64,000 nt of DNA from Candidatus Eiseniibacteriota bacterium (GCA_963703225.1 OY969801.1:2304001-2368000), one strand, 5' to 3'. Counted from the stretch's first letter, positions 38,406 through 46,975 are shown. Translations and numbers: made by a program. The notes: generated from the letters alone by a model not told the origin.

Positions 38406-40405
38406 CCCGCACGCCCCCTCCACTGCCGCGCGCGCTCCTCGTCGCCGGCCAAAGTCCAGGCTCGCGCCGCGTCCAAGGCGAGAGCCGGTACCGGGCCGAC
38501 GCGGTACGCCCTCTCAAACCAGAGCGCGGCGTCGCGGTACTGTCCGGCGGCGGCGAGAAAGACCGCGAGCCGCGCGGCGGGATCGGGATCGAGCGGCGCG
38601 ATCGACCGCGCCGCCAAGAGCTCGGAGAGGGCCAGCTCTGGCTTTCCGACCGCCGCGGCGGCGGTCGCCAGGTTGAGGCGCGCCCCCACGTTGTCAAAGC
38701 CGACCGCCGCGGCGTCGGAGAACCACGCGAACGCCTCGGCCCGCCGCCCCTGCTCCCAGAGCGCGCGCGCCGCGGCATCCGAGTAGCTCACGGCCATCTT
38801 CCGGGTAACGTAGTCGTATCGATCGGGCCCGCCCGGGAGAAGGTCGGTGCTCCGGGGCCACCCCGCGGGGGGAAGCCACGCCGGGTCGTCCGGCAACTTG
38901 GCGCCGGTGGCATCACCCCCATCGTCGCGGGTACGGGCCGCTCGATGGACCAACCCCGCGGCCACGAACCGTACCCCCGCGGCGGAGAGATCGGCGGGCG
39001 GCGTCGCGTAGTAGATCGGGCGCTCGGCCCTCTCCAATCGCACAAGGTCGGCTTCGTGGGCCACCTCCACCCACCGCGACCGAGGAACTCCGCGAAGCCC
39101 GTAGGGATCTCCAAAGAGATAGCCCCGTCGGTGAATGAGCTGGACGTCGGGACGGAGGTGCTCGATCCGGGTCGCGTAGGCGGCGAGGAAGGTCTCGTTG
39201 TCGCCGTCCAGGATCAAGGTCGAGCCCGATGGCAAGTCCCGGACGAGGTCACGGCCGTACCGCTCGGCGAGACGGAACGCGGTCCGGTCGCAGGCCCGCG
39301 AGTGGACCACGACGGTCAAGAGCGCGCACGCGCCGAGGGCGGACGCGACCCCCACACGCCAGCCGCCAGGAGCGCGGCGCATGACGGCGGCGGCGCCGAA
39401 GCCCGCGGCGAGACAAAGCGCCGCGGCGACCGGAGCGAGAAACGGCGTGACTTGCGCGAAGTGCTCGGCGTCCGGTGTGAAAACGAGGAGACCGGCGAGC
39501 GCCGCAGGGATGGTGGCGGCTGAGAGCAGCACGAATCGAAAGCCCGGGACCGCGTGCCGGATGCGAAACAGACCCCACGAGGCGAGGAGCGCGGCCGGGA
39601 TGCCCAGTCCCTTGACGACCAGCGCGCCCATTCCCGCGAGTTCGGACAGCACGAGGTCGAGACGAAACGCGTTCTGATGGAGCCCGCCGTAGTTTCGCCT
39701 CAGGAAGTGGTTCACGGCCGCGGCGACCCCTCGCTCCTGGTCCCACGAATACGCCGGCCCCGCCCCCGCGCGGAGCGGCAGGAAGAAGAAGAGGGTGAAT
39801 CCGAGAGCGGCCCAGCCGGCGGCTCGGACCAACCGCCCGGACTTAGCACCGGACGCGACCACCCAGAAGGCGAGCAGGGCCGCCGGGAAGGCGAGAGTCT
39901 GGTGCGCGAGGGGGGAGAGCCCCGCCGCGAAGAAGAAGAGCGCGTCGGCCCTCGGAGAGGGGGACGGACCGCTCCGCGCTCGGAGGGCGAGGAGACAGAG
40001 GCCCACGAAGAAGAGCGTCGCGAGCGGGTAGACCTCCGCCTCGACCGCGGATCGCCAGACGAGTGTGGACGCCCCGAAGAAGGCGGTCGCGAGCGCGGCC
40101 TCGCGGCGCGGAAGGCTGAGCCGCACGGCCAGAAGGTAGAAGAGACCGACCGCGGCCGCCGAGAGGAGCGCGGAAAGAGCGTTCACCCGCCACGCGACCG
40201 CGCCGAAGGGGGCCAGCGCTGCCATGCGAGCGAGCAGAAGCCAGAGCGGGTATCCAGGTGGATGCGGGACACTCAGCGAATCGGCCGCGAGGACAAGCTC
40301 CCCGCTATCGCCCGCGCCCACCGTGGGCGCGAGCGTCGCGCCATAAACGAGAGCCGCGATCGCCGCGGCGGCGAGGCTAGAAGCCCCCGCGCGGGTCCAG
40401 CGCAT
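38402..40405 (-). CDS. DUF2723 / TMEM260-like membrane glycosyltransferase (GT-C fold) with C-terminal TPR-like helices
   Basis: TLAPTVGAGDSGEL...HPPGYPLW, RVNALSA, W..AVEAEVY, about 11 TM segments, GDNETF, RPDV, and a TPR-like tail. Confidence 0.85.
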   Translation of the reverse strand: MRWTRAGASSLAAAAIAALVYGATLAPTVGAGDSGELVLAADSLSVPHPPGYPLWLLLARMAALAPFGAVAWRVNALSALLSAAAVGLFYLLAVRLSLPRREAALATAFFGASTLVWRSAVEAEVYPLATLFFVGLCLLALRARSGPSPSPRADALFFFAAGLSPLAHQTLAFPAALLAFWVVASGAKSGRLVRAAGWAALGFTLFFFLPLRAGAGPAYSWDQERGVAAAVNHFLRRNYGGLHQNAFRLDLVLSELAGMGALVVKGLGIPAALLASWGLFRIRHAVPGFRFVLLSAATIPAALAGLLVFTPDAEHFAQVTPFLAPVAAALCLAAGFGAAAVMRRAPGGWRVGVASALGACALLTVVVHSRACDRTAFRLAERYGRDLVRDLPSGSTLILDGDNETFLAAYATRIEHLRPDVQLIHRRGYLFGDPYGLRGVPRSRWVEVAHEADLVRLERAERPIYYATPPADLSAAGVRFVAAGLVHRAARTRDDGGDATGAKLPDDPAWLPPAGWPRSTDLLPGGPDRYDYVTRKMAVSYSDAAARALWEQGRRAEAFAWFSDAAAVGFDNVGARLNLATAAAAVGKPELALSELLAARSIAPLDPDPAARLAVFLAAAGQYRDAALWFERAYRVGPVPALALDAARAWTLAGDEERARQWRGRAG

Positions 40406-40508
40406 ATGTTCGGCCCGGCAAGCCGGGCGCGTTCCCCCGTGGTTGGGTCAGACGGCGAAGCGGAGCCTCACCGTACCGACGTGTTGTCTTGCCGTTGCGA
40501 CAATCCGA

Positions 40509-40895
40509 TCAATACGAGGAATACGCGTTCAGATTGACCTTCACGATGCCCGTCGCCGAGACGTACTGCCAGCCGCCCGCGTTGTCGACGCCCGCGGTCG
40601 TCTTCACGGCGTTCGATGGGGTGACCGGCTCCCTCGGGACGTTGCCGTCCGCGAAGATCGTGCCGTCCAGGGTCGGGAACGCCGCGCCTCCGTTGAGCGC
40701 GTTCCGCGCGTACTGGATCGCGATCGCCGAGCGAATGGAGCCCAGCTGGCCGCGAATGGTGGCGACGCGGGCCTGCTCACGCATGTCCTCGTACTTGGGA
40801 ATGGCGACGGCGGCGAGGATTCCCAGGATCACGATCACGATGACCAGCTCGATGAGCGTGAAGCCTGCTTCGGACTGCTTGCGATCCAGAACCAT
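40509..40895 (-). CDS. Major type IV pilin (MshA-like, 117-aa mature)
   Basis: AAGGAGG RBS and EAG|FTLIELVIVIVILGILAAVAIPKY. Stands alone between non-coding gaps, with W.Y...G.V near the C-terminus. Confidence 0.88.
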   Translation of the reverse strand: MVLDRKQSEAGFTLIELVIVIVILGILAAVAIPKYEDMREQARVATIRGQLGSIRSAIAIQYARNALNGGAAFPTLDGTIFADGNVPREPVTPSNAVKTTAGVDNAGGWQYVSATGIVKVNLNAYSSY

Positions 40896-41026
40896 GCTCC
40901 AAACCTCCTTGAGGGTATCCCTTTGGCTAGCCCCGCCCCCCTGGGCCAATACGCAGACCGGGGCTTCGCGACCCCATCTCCATCGACCGGAATGGGGTCC
41001 TTCTTGAGTGCAGAATCCACGACCGC

Positions 41027-42244
41027 CTAATGGCGGAACGCGTTCATCAAGTTCCAGAGGGGGAGGAAGACGGCCAGGGCGGTGAAGAGAACGGCCGCGC
41101 CGAGCACCACGAGGAGCACCGGCTCGATGGCGGTGGATAGGTTCTTGATCGTGTAATCGACGTCCTGGTCATAATATCGGGCGACACGGAGGAGCATCTT
41201 GTCGATCGATCCGGTCTCCTCCCCGACCGCCAGCATCCGGACGACAAGGGGAGGGAAGATCTCGCTGTCCCGAAGCGGCTCGGCCAACCCTTGGCCGGCG
41301 ATCAGACCTTCTTTCATCCGGTCGATCTCCTCTTCCATGACGCGGTTATCCAGCGCTCCCCGGGCGATCTCGAGCGCCTGAACGATCGGGATACCGCCCG
41401 CGACCAGCGCCGCCAGCACGCGTGCGAAACGCGAGACGATTGTCTTGAGGAAGATCGGCCCGAAGATCGGAGCCGTCAGGATGAAGTGGTCGGCCTTGCG
41501 GCGCCCCGCGTCGGTCCGGTACCAGAAGACCGCGGCGGTGGCTCCGCCGGCGACCGCGGCGAGAACCAGGAACCAGTATCGGTCGATGAAGTCGCTGGTG
41601 CCGATCAGCACGCGTGTCGGAAAGGGCAGCTCGGCGTTCAGATTGCGAAAGAGCGACGCGAACCGCGGGAGCACGAACTTGACCAGGACCCCGAACGCCA
41701 GCACCAGCTCGGCCACGATCAGCAGGGGGTAGAAGGTGGCGGAACGGATCCTCTGCTCCGTCTCCTCGGCGTATTCCAATAGTGACCCGATCCGGTCGAG
41801 CATCGACGTGATGAGTCCCCCCTCCTCCCCCGCGTGGATCAGGTTCACATAGAGGCTCGGGAAGCAGCGGGGGTGACGGCTCACCGCCTCGGTCAGCGAC
41901 CCGCCTTGCTCGACGTCCGAGCGGACCCGATCGATCGCCTTCTTGAGCTCGGGGTGGAGGGTCTGCTGATGGAGGGTCTCCAGCGCGGCGAGAATCGGCA
42001 GGCCCGAGTCGAGCATGGCCTCGAGCTGGCGCGTGAAGAGAATCAGGTCCCGGGTGGCCACCCGCCTACGCAAGATGGAAATCGCCGCGGGCTTGTCGCT
42101 CTCCCTCGACTGGGCGTCCATCCGCACGGGGGTGAGTCCCATCGTCCGGACCAAATCGACGGCCCGGTCGAGATCGGGGGCTTCGACAAAGCCATGCTGG
42201 GCGAGTCCCGCGGGGCCTACCGCTCGATAGCGAAAGGAGGGCAT
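41027..42244 (-). CDS. pilC: Type IV pilus/T2SS platform protein (PilC/GspF/MshG)
   Basis: FTRQL..MLDSGLPI, AGEEGG, FYP, LPRF..LF, LPFPTR, VGEETG and IEP. Confidence 0.92.
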   Translation of the reverse strand: MPSFRYRAVGPAGLAQHGFVEAPDLDRAVDLVRTMGLTPVRMDAQSRESDKPAAISILRRRVATRDLILFTRQLEAMLDSGLPILAALETLHQQTLHPELKKAIDRVRSDVEQGGSLTEAVSRHPRCFPSLYVNLIHAGEEGGLITSMLDRIGSLLEYAEETEQRIRSATFYPLLIVAELVLAFGVLVKFVLPRFASLFRNLNAELPFPTRVLIGTSDFIDRYWFLVLAAVAGGATAAVFWYRTDAGRRKADHFILTAPIFGPIFLKTIVSRFARVLAALVAGGIPIVQALEIARGALDNRVMEEEIDRMKEGLIAGQGLAEPLRDSEIFPPLVVRMLAVGEETGSIDKMLLRVARYYDQDVDYTIKNLSTAIEPVLLVVLGAAVLFTALAVFLPLWNLMNAFRH

Positions 42245-42247
42245 CGG

Positions 42248-43964
42248 CTAGAGTTCCGCCGAGGCCGCTCCGCGCTCCGCTTCGAGCGCGGGTGAATCGG
42301 GATTCGTCACGCGGAGGGCCTCCTCGAGAGTGGTGACGCCCTCCGAGGCCTGTCGGATCGCGTCGTCGCGGAGCGATCCCATGCCGTGCCTGCGGACGGC
42401 GCGGGCCAGCTCCTCGGCCGATGCCTTCGCGGTGATGAGCTCGCGCACCTCGTCGGTCACCTCGAGCACCTCGAAGATGCCGACGCGCCCGTGGTACCCC
42501 GTTCCCCCGCAGGCCGGGCAGCCCTTCCCGTGGGCGAACTTGCCCTTGCCCCGCGCGATCCCCAGTGGAGAGAGAACCTCGGCCGGAGGCTCGAAGGGCG
42601 CGCGGCACTTCTCGCAAATGCGGCGCACCAGGCGCTGGGCCACGACGCCGACCATCGCCGACGACAGGAGAAAGGGCTCGATCTTCATGTCGATGAGGCG
42701 CGGGATCGCGCCCGAGGCGTCGTTGGTGTGGAGCGTCGAGAGCACCAGGTGCCCCGTGAGCGCCGATCGGACCGCGATCTCGGCCGTGTCGCACGTCGCG
42801 GATCTCGCCGACCAGGATCACGTCGGGGTCCTGACGCAGAAGGGCCCTCAGCCCGCGCGCGAAGGTCAGCCCGATGTCGGGGTCGACCTGAGTCTGGCGG
42901 ATCGAGCCCATGTGGTACTCCACGGGGTCTTCCAGCGTGACGATGTTCCGATCGACGCGGTTGATCTTGTGGATGCAGGAGTAGAGGGTCGTCGTCTTGC
43001 CGCTCCCGGTCGGCCCGGTCACGAGCACGATGCCGTTGGGGCGCTCGATCATCCGGCTGACCACGACGTAGTGGTGCTTCGCCAGCCCCAGCTCCTCCAG
43101 GCCGACCAGAGCCGCAGAGCGGTCGAGGAGTCGCATCACGATGTTCTCGCCGTGGATCGTCGGAAAGGTGGACACGCGGACGTCCAGCTCGCGGCCGATC
43201 GCCGTCATGCGGAGGCGGCCGTCCTGGGGCAGCCGGCGCTCGGAGATGTCGAGCGTGGCCATGACCTTCACGCGCGACACGATCGACGAGTAGAGCGTCT
43301 TGGACTGGACCGAGATCTCCCGCAAGACACCGTCGACGCGGAAGCGAATCCGGAAGGAGGACTCCTCCGGCTCGAAGTGGAGATCGGAGGCCCCGTCCCG
43401 GAGCGCCTGCTGGACGATCATGTTCACGAACCGGATGATCGGTCCGTCTTCTTCGGGCCGCGCGCCCGCGATCTCGGCGACGGCCTGCCGGAGCCCCTGT
43501 TCCTTGGCGAGCTGCTCCAGCCCGCCGGTCATCGGATGGTGCCGCTCGACCGCCTCGCGGATCTGGGCCTCGGACGAGACGACCACGTCCACCTGGAGCC
43601 CGGTGCTCTGCTTGACCTCGTCGATCGCGACGAAGTCGAGCGGGTCGGCCATGGCCACGGTGATCGTGTTCGCGATCTTGAAGAGCGGAAGGACGTGGTA
43701 CTGGCGGGCGACGCGCTCCGGAACGAGCTGGACGATCTCGGGCTCGAGCGCGTAGGTCGAGACGTCCATGACGGGAATGCCGAGCTGATCCTGGTAGTAG
43801 TCGAGGATCGCCTGCTCCGGGACCAGCTCCAGCTTCAGGAGGACGTCGCGAAGAGCGGCGCCGGTTCGACGCTGCTCTTCCAGGGCGCGCGCGAGCCCCT
43901 CGGCGGAGAGGTTTCCCTGCTCCACCAAGCACTGTCCGAGTGGCTTTCGGCCCCCTGCCGCCAT
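42248..43964 (-). pseudogene. pilB: Pilus assembly ATPase PilB/GspE/MshE with one +1 frameshift at ~42792 (probably a sequencing error)
   Basis: MshEN-like N-terminus, ASDLHFEP, LDISERRLPQDG, GPTGSGKTTT, TLEDPVEY and [15 protein letters not shown]. Removing one base gives [26 protein letters not shown], then CEKC...CPAC. Confidence 0.9.
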
Positions 43965-44134
43965 CGCTCCTCCGACCCCCGTTCAAGCGCGTGACCACGC
44001 GTGGCTCTGAAGCGCCACCTCCGGTATCGGCATGCCGCAGCGCCATCTGGAGGCGAAGGTTTTGGAGTCGGGGCAGGCGACCGACCCGCCGGAGAGGGCG
44101 ATCGGGGTGGAGCGAGGGGTTCTTTAGGGCGGAA

Positions 44135-45106
44135 CTAGCGGGCGCCTTCCGGCGAGCCTTCAGCGGGCAGGTGCCCCTCCTCGGGGACCTGGGTCACCTC
44201 CGGCACGGCGTCCGCCCCGAGGTCGAGGAGCGTCAATTCGGTCTGGGTGAAGACCCGCGGCGTTGCCGAGGCGCTGTCGGGCCGGGACGCACCGTCGTTC
44301 GGGACCACCGCCCCGCTGTCCGCCGCGGCGGCATCGTCGCCCGCGGCTCCGCTGTCGGCCAGCGCGACCGACACGCGTTGCATGGTCACCTGAAAGAGGG
44401 AGCGCGCGAATCCGGTGATCGGCACCGCCGGATTTCGCCAGTACTGTTGGGTCAGGAGCGGCCGGTTCAGCCGGGTCTTGTCCCCCGGGACGGGCCAGGT
44501 GTCCACGCCGCTCATTCGAATCCGTTCGACGATCGTCGGGACCACGCGCCGTCCGATCCGGAGCGTATCGGGCCCGAGGGTGTCTCGAACGGCGGGCGTG
44601 TTGGAGTCGTACTCGAAAAGCTCCACCGTGGAGACCTCGCTCCCCGAACGCACCTCCGAGGAGGTGGAGATGGGATACTCGAACAGCTTCCCGCCTGACG
44701 TCAGAACCTGGTAGCGGACGAGGCGCACGATGGGCCGCTCCGGCTTCGGGAGCGAGTCCGGAGGCGGCTCCTCCGACTCCCCGGCCTCAAGCACCGCCGA
44801 CGGGTCGACGATGACGAAAAACCCCCGCTCGATCCTCTTCCCCGAGGGAAGTCCCTCGGTCTTCAGCTCGACCCAGAATCCGTCCCGGCCCTGGTACTGC
44901 TCCCGCGCGACGATGGCGACCCGCTGCGTGTACTCGCGGGGAGGGAGGGATCGGAATTGCGTGCGGACCCGGTAGGAGACCCAGGCGCCGACGATCGACG
45001 TCGTGGGAAATTGGAGCGCGTCCAGCTTGAGCGCCTGGGCCAAGGCCGGTGAGGGATCCGTTCCCAGAAGGATGACAGCGAGGAGGAACAGGGTGCTGCG
45101 GCGCAC
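44135..45106 (-). CDS. Exported hypothetical protein, translationally linked to the seleno-cytochrome
   Basis: Signal peptide MRRSTLFLLAVILLG...ALAQ and beta-strand-like composition. GTG lies 1 nt after the upstream TAG. Confidence 0.75.
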   Translation of the reverse strand: MRRSTLFLLAVILLGTDPSPALAQALKLDALQFPTTSIVGAWVSYRVRTQFRSLPPREYTQRVAIVAREQYQGRDGFWVELKTEGLPSGKRIERGFFVIVDPSAVLEAGESEEPPPDSLPKPERPIVRLVRYQVLTSGGKLFEYPISTSSEVRSGSEVSTVELFEYDSNTPAVRDTLGPDTLRIGRRVVPTIVERIRMSGVDTWPVPGDKTRLNRPLLTQQYWRNPAVPITGFARSLFQVTMQRVSVALADSGAAGDDAAAADSGAVVPNDGASRPDSASATPRVFTQTELTLLDLGADAVPEVTQVPEEGHLPAEGSPEGAR

Positions 45107-45107
45107 G

Positions 45108-46445
45108 CTACTTCCAGTGGACGATCTTGGCCACCATCTCGTCGTATTGGAAGTTCGGGCTCTGCGCGGCCGTGTGGCACGTCATGCAGACGTCCGGCCC
45201 CACGATCGCATCCGCCTGTGGATGCCGGGTCCCCATGCCGTGACAGTTCTCGCACTGCACGTTGACCAGGTCGGGGGTGGCTTGCCGCGTCACAAATCCG
45301 CCCGCCGAGCCCATGCCCACGACGTGACAGGGGAGGCACTCGGGCGTTGCGTCGCGCTGGTTCTTGACCAACGTTTCAAACGCGTGGGCGTGCGTTTGGC
45401 TCGCGTACATCTGGTATTCCATCTCGTGGCAGCGACGGCAGGTCTTCTCGCCTAGGTAATGGTCTCCGGCCATTTGGGCCTTGGTGAGCTCCTCCTGCCT
45501 CTTCGCGTCCACCTCGTTCTTCTGCGCGAATTTTTCGTTCAACTCGTTGCTGAACGCGTCGACCGCGCGGTTCATGGTGTCGTCCGCCGGCACCTTGTCG
45601 TCCAAGATCACCACTTCCCCGTCGAACGAGGTGATCTTCCCACCCTCGACCGCGAGATGAAGCTGCGGGATGTATTGCCCTTGCTGGCCCCCGCGCAGGG
45701 TGATGACCTCCTGGGTTTTCACGATGCTCCGGAAGAGCCCCGCCTGGTGCCCGAAGACCATCACGTCGATGCCCGGGACCTGGACGGTCAGCTGCTGGCC
45801 CGCCGTCAAGCCGAGGTGAGACAGCAGGACGATGACGTCCGCCTTGCCCTTGAGCTCCGGGACGAGCTTCTTGGCGGTCTCCACGGGGTCGAGGATCTCG
45901 AGGGCCCGCTCGCCCGGGAGCTGGCGGAGCTTCGAATCGATGGAGATCAGGCCCGTGAATGCGACCCGGACGTTGCAAACCTTGCGGATGACGTACGGCT
46001 TCACGAAGGGCTTCTTGGTGTCCGTGTAGACGATGTTCGCCGAGACGACATCGATCTTCGTCTTCTTGAAGGAGTCGAGGAGGTATTGCTGCCCGAAGTT
46101 GAACTCGCGCTCTCCCAAGGTCACCACGTCGTAGCCGAGGAGGTCCATGGCATGGACCATGTAGCCGCTCTTGAGGGAGTCCTGCTCTCCTTGGACGCCA
46201 AAGAAATCCCCTGCGTCCACGACGAACCCCGTCGGGAACTTCAGCCTACCGACTTTGAGTTGGCTCGCCCTCCGGGCGAGCCCGCCTAGCGGATGCGCGT
46301 GTCAGCCACAGGGGGCCAGCTCGGCGTACACATCCGTGGTGCTCTGGATCAGGATGTCGCACGGAGCGTTCTTCCCCTGGAGCGGGGTGGTCACCGCAAG
46401 TCCAACCAGGACAAAGAGTACGATCAGATAACGGAGCCGTGGCAG
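45108..46445 (-). CDS. Probable selenoprotein: UshA-like (calcineurin-like metallophosphoesterase fold) domain fused to a tetraheme c554-type cytochrome; Sec at codon 48
   Basis: The frame continues upstream of the tracked ORF through one TGA (46302-46304): MPRLRYLIVLFVLVGLAVTTPLQG-KNAPCDILIQSTTDVYAELAPCG[U]HAHPLGGLARRA...VVDAGDFF. Four CxxCH motifs (CRRCH, CLPCH, CENCH, CMTCH). SECIS-like hairpin downstream. CTG start is inferred. Confidence 0.82.
46262..46282 (-). promoter_or_regulatory. Bacterial SECIS-like hairpin
   Basis: mRNA GGCUCGCCC-GGA-GGGCGAGCC, a perfect 9-bp stem whose G-first apical loop begins 29 nt after the UGA. Confidence 0.7.
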
Positions 46446-46495
46446 CGAAAATCACCCCCTCGTCTGAAAACGTAGTTCGGACGCCAAGTTGCAGA

Positions 46496-46525
46496 ACTAT
46501 ACCCCGCTTCCAAGCGGGGGTTCAA
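46496..46525 (-). promoter_or_regulatory. Putative sigma70 promoter with palindromic operator in the spacer
   Basis: Minus strand TTGAAC-N18-TATAGT. On the + strand the spacer reads CCCCGCTT-cc-AAGCGGGG (46502-46519). Confidence 0.55.
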
Positions 46526-46535
46526 CCGGACCCCC

Positions 46536-46572
46536 AAAAAAGGGAAGGGGCGGGATGGATGCCCGCCCCTTC
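46536..46572 (-). terminator. Intrinsic terminator of the HU gene
   Basis: Minus strand GAAGGGGCGGG-catccat-CCCGCCCCTTC, then CC and TTTTTT. Confidence 0.8.
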
Positions 46573-46593
46573 ACAAAGTCCTCGAGGGGGGAA

Positions 46594-46884
46594 CTACTTC
46601 CGGACGCGGTCCTTCAGTGCCTTGCCGGCGTGGAATGCCGGGAAGCGGGACGCCGCGATCTTGATGCGCTCGCCCGTCTGGGGGTTGCGGCCTTCACGCG
46701 CCTTCCGCTTGCGGGTCTCAAACGTTCCGAATCCGGTGATCTGGACTTTCTTTCCCGAGATCAGGGCGGACGCGATCAAGCCCTCCTTCCCTGGCGAGAA
46801 GAGTGTGTCGATGACCGCGCGTGCTTCGCGCGCGGAGAGCGAGGTCTTCTTGGCGATGGTGGCGATGAGCTCCGTCTTGTTCAT
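46594..46884 (-). CDS. hup: HU family DNA-binding protein
   Basis: MNKTELI, VQITGFGTF, ARE.RNPQTGERIKI and PAF.AGKALK. AAGGAGGTGA SD. Confidence 0.95.
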   Translation of the reverse strand: MNKTELIATIAKKTSLSAREARAVIDTLFSPGKEGLIASALISGKKVQITGFGTFETRKRKAREGRNPQTGERIKIAASRFPAFHAGKALKDRVRK

Positions 46885-46917
46885 TCGATTCACCTCCTTT
46901 CCCTGGAATGAGGCGTG

Positions 46918-46946
46918 ACGTTACGCCGCACTCCTGGGGGTGTCAA
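46918..46946 (-). promoter_or_regulatory. Putative sigma70 promoter of hup
   Basis: Minus strand TTGACA-N17-TAACGT. Confidence 0.65.
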
Positions 46947-46975
46947 TCGGATTCCGCATGAGGACGCGGAAATAT

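Noticed and set aside
40509..40895. Conductive e-pilin linked to the nearby cytochrome
   Set aside because: The mature pilin is 117 aa with 9 aromatic residues (about 8%), none at position 27, and long aromatic-free gaps. It does not look like a Geobacter-type short pilin.
40930..40950. Sigma54 promoter upstream of the major pilin
   Set aside because: TTGGCCCAGGGGGGC has GG-N9-GC spacing and lacks the TTGC element.
42780..42800. Programmed frameshift or phase variation at the three frameshift sites
   Set aside because: None of the sites has a homopolymer tract, short tandem repeat or slippery heptamer.
46246..46455. Tracked 69-aa minus-strand ORF upstream of the cytochrome
   Set aside because: It is an out-of-frame overlay. 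The true frame encodes the signal peptide and the CG[TGA] segment.
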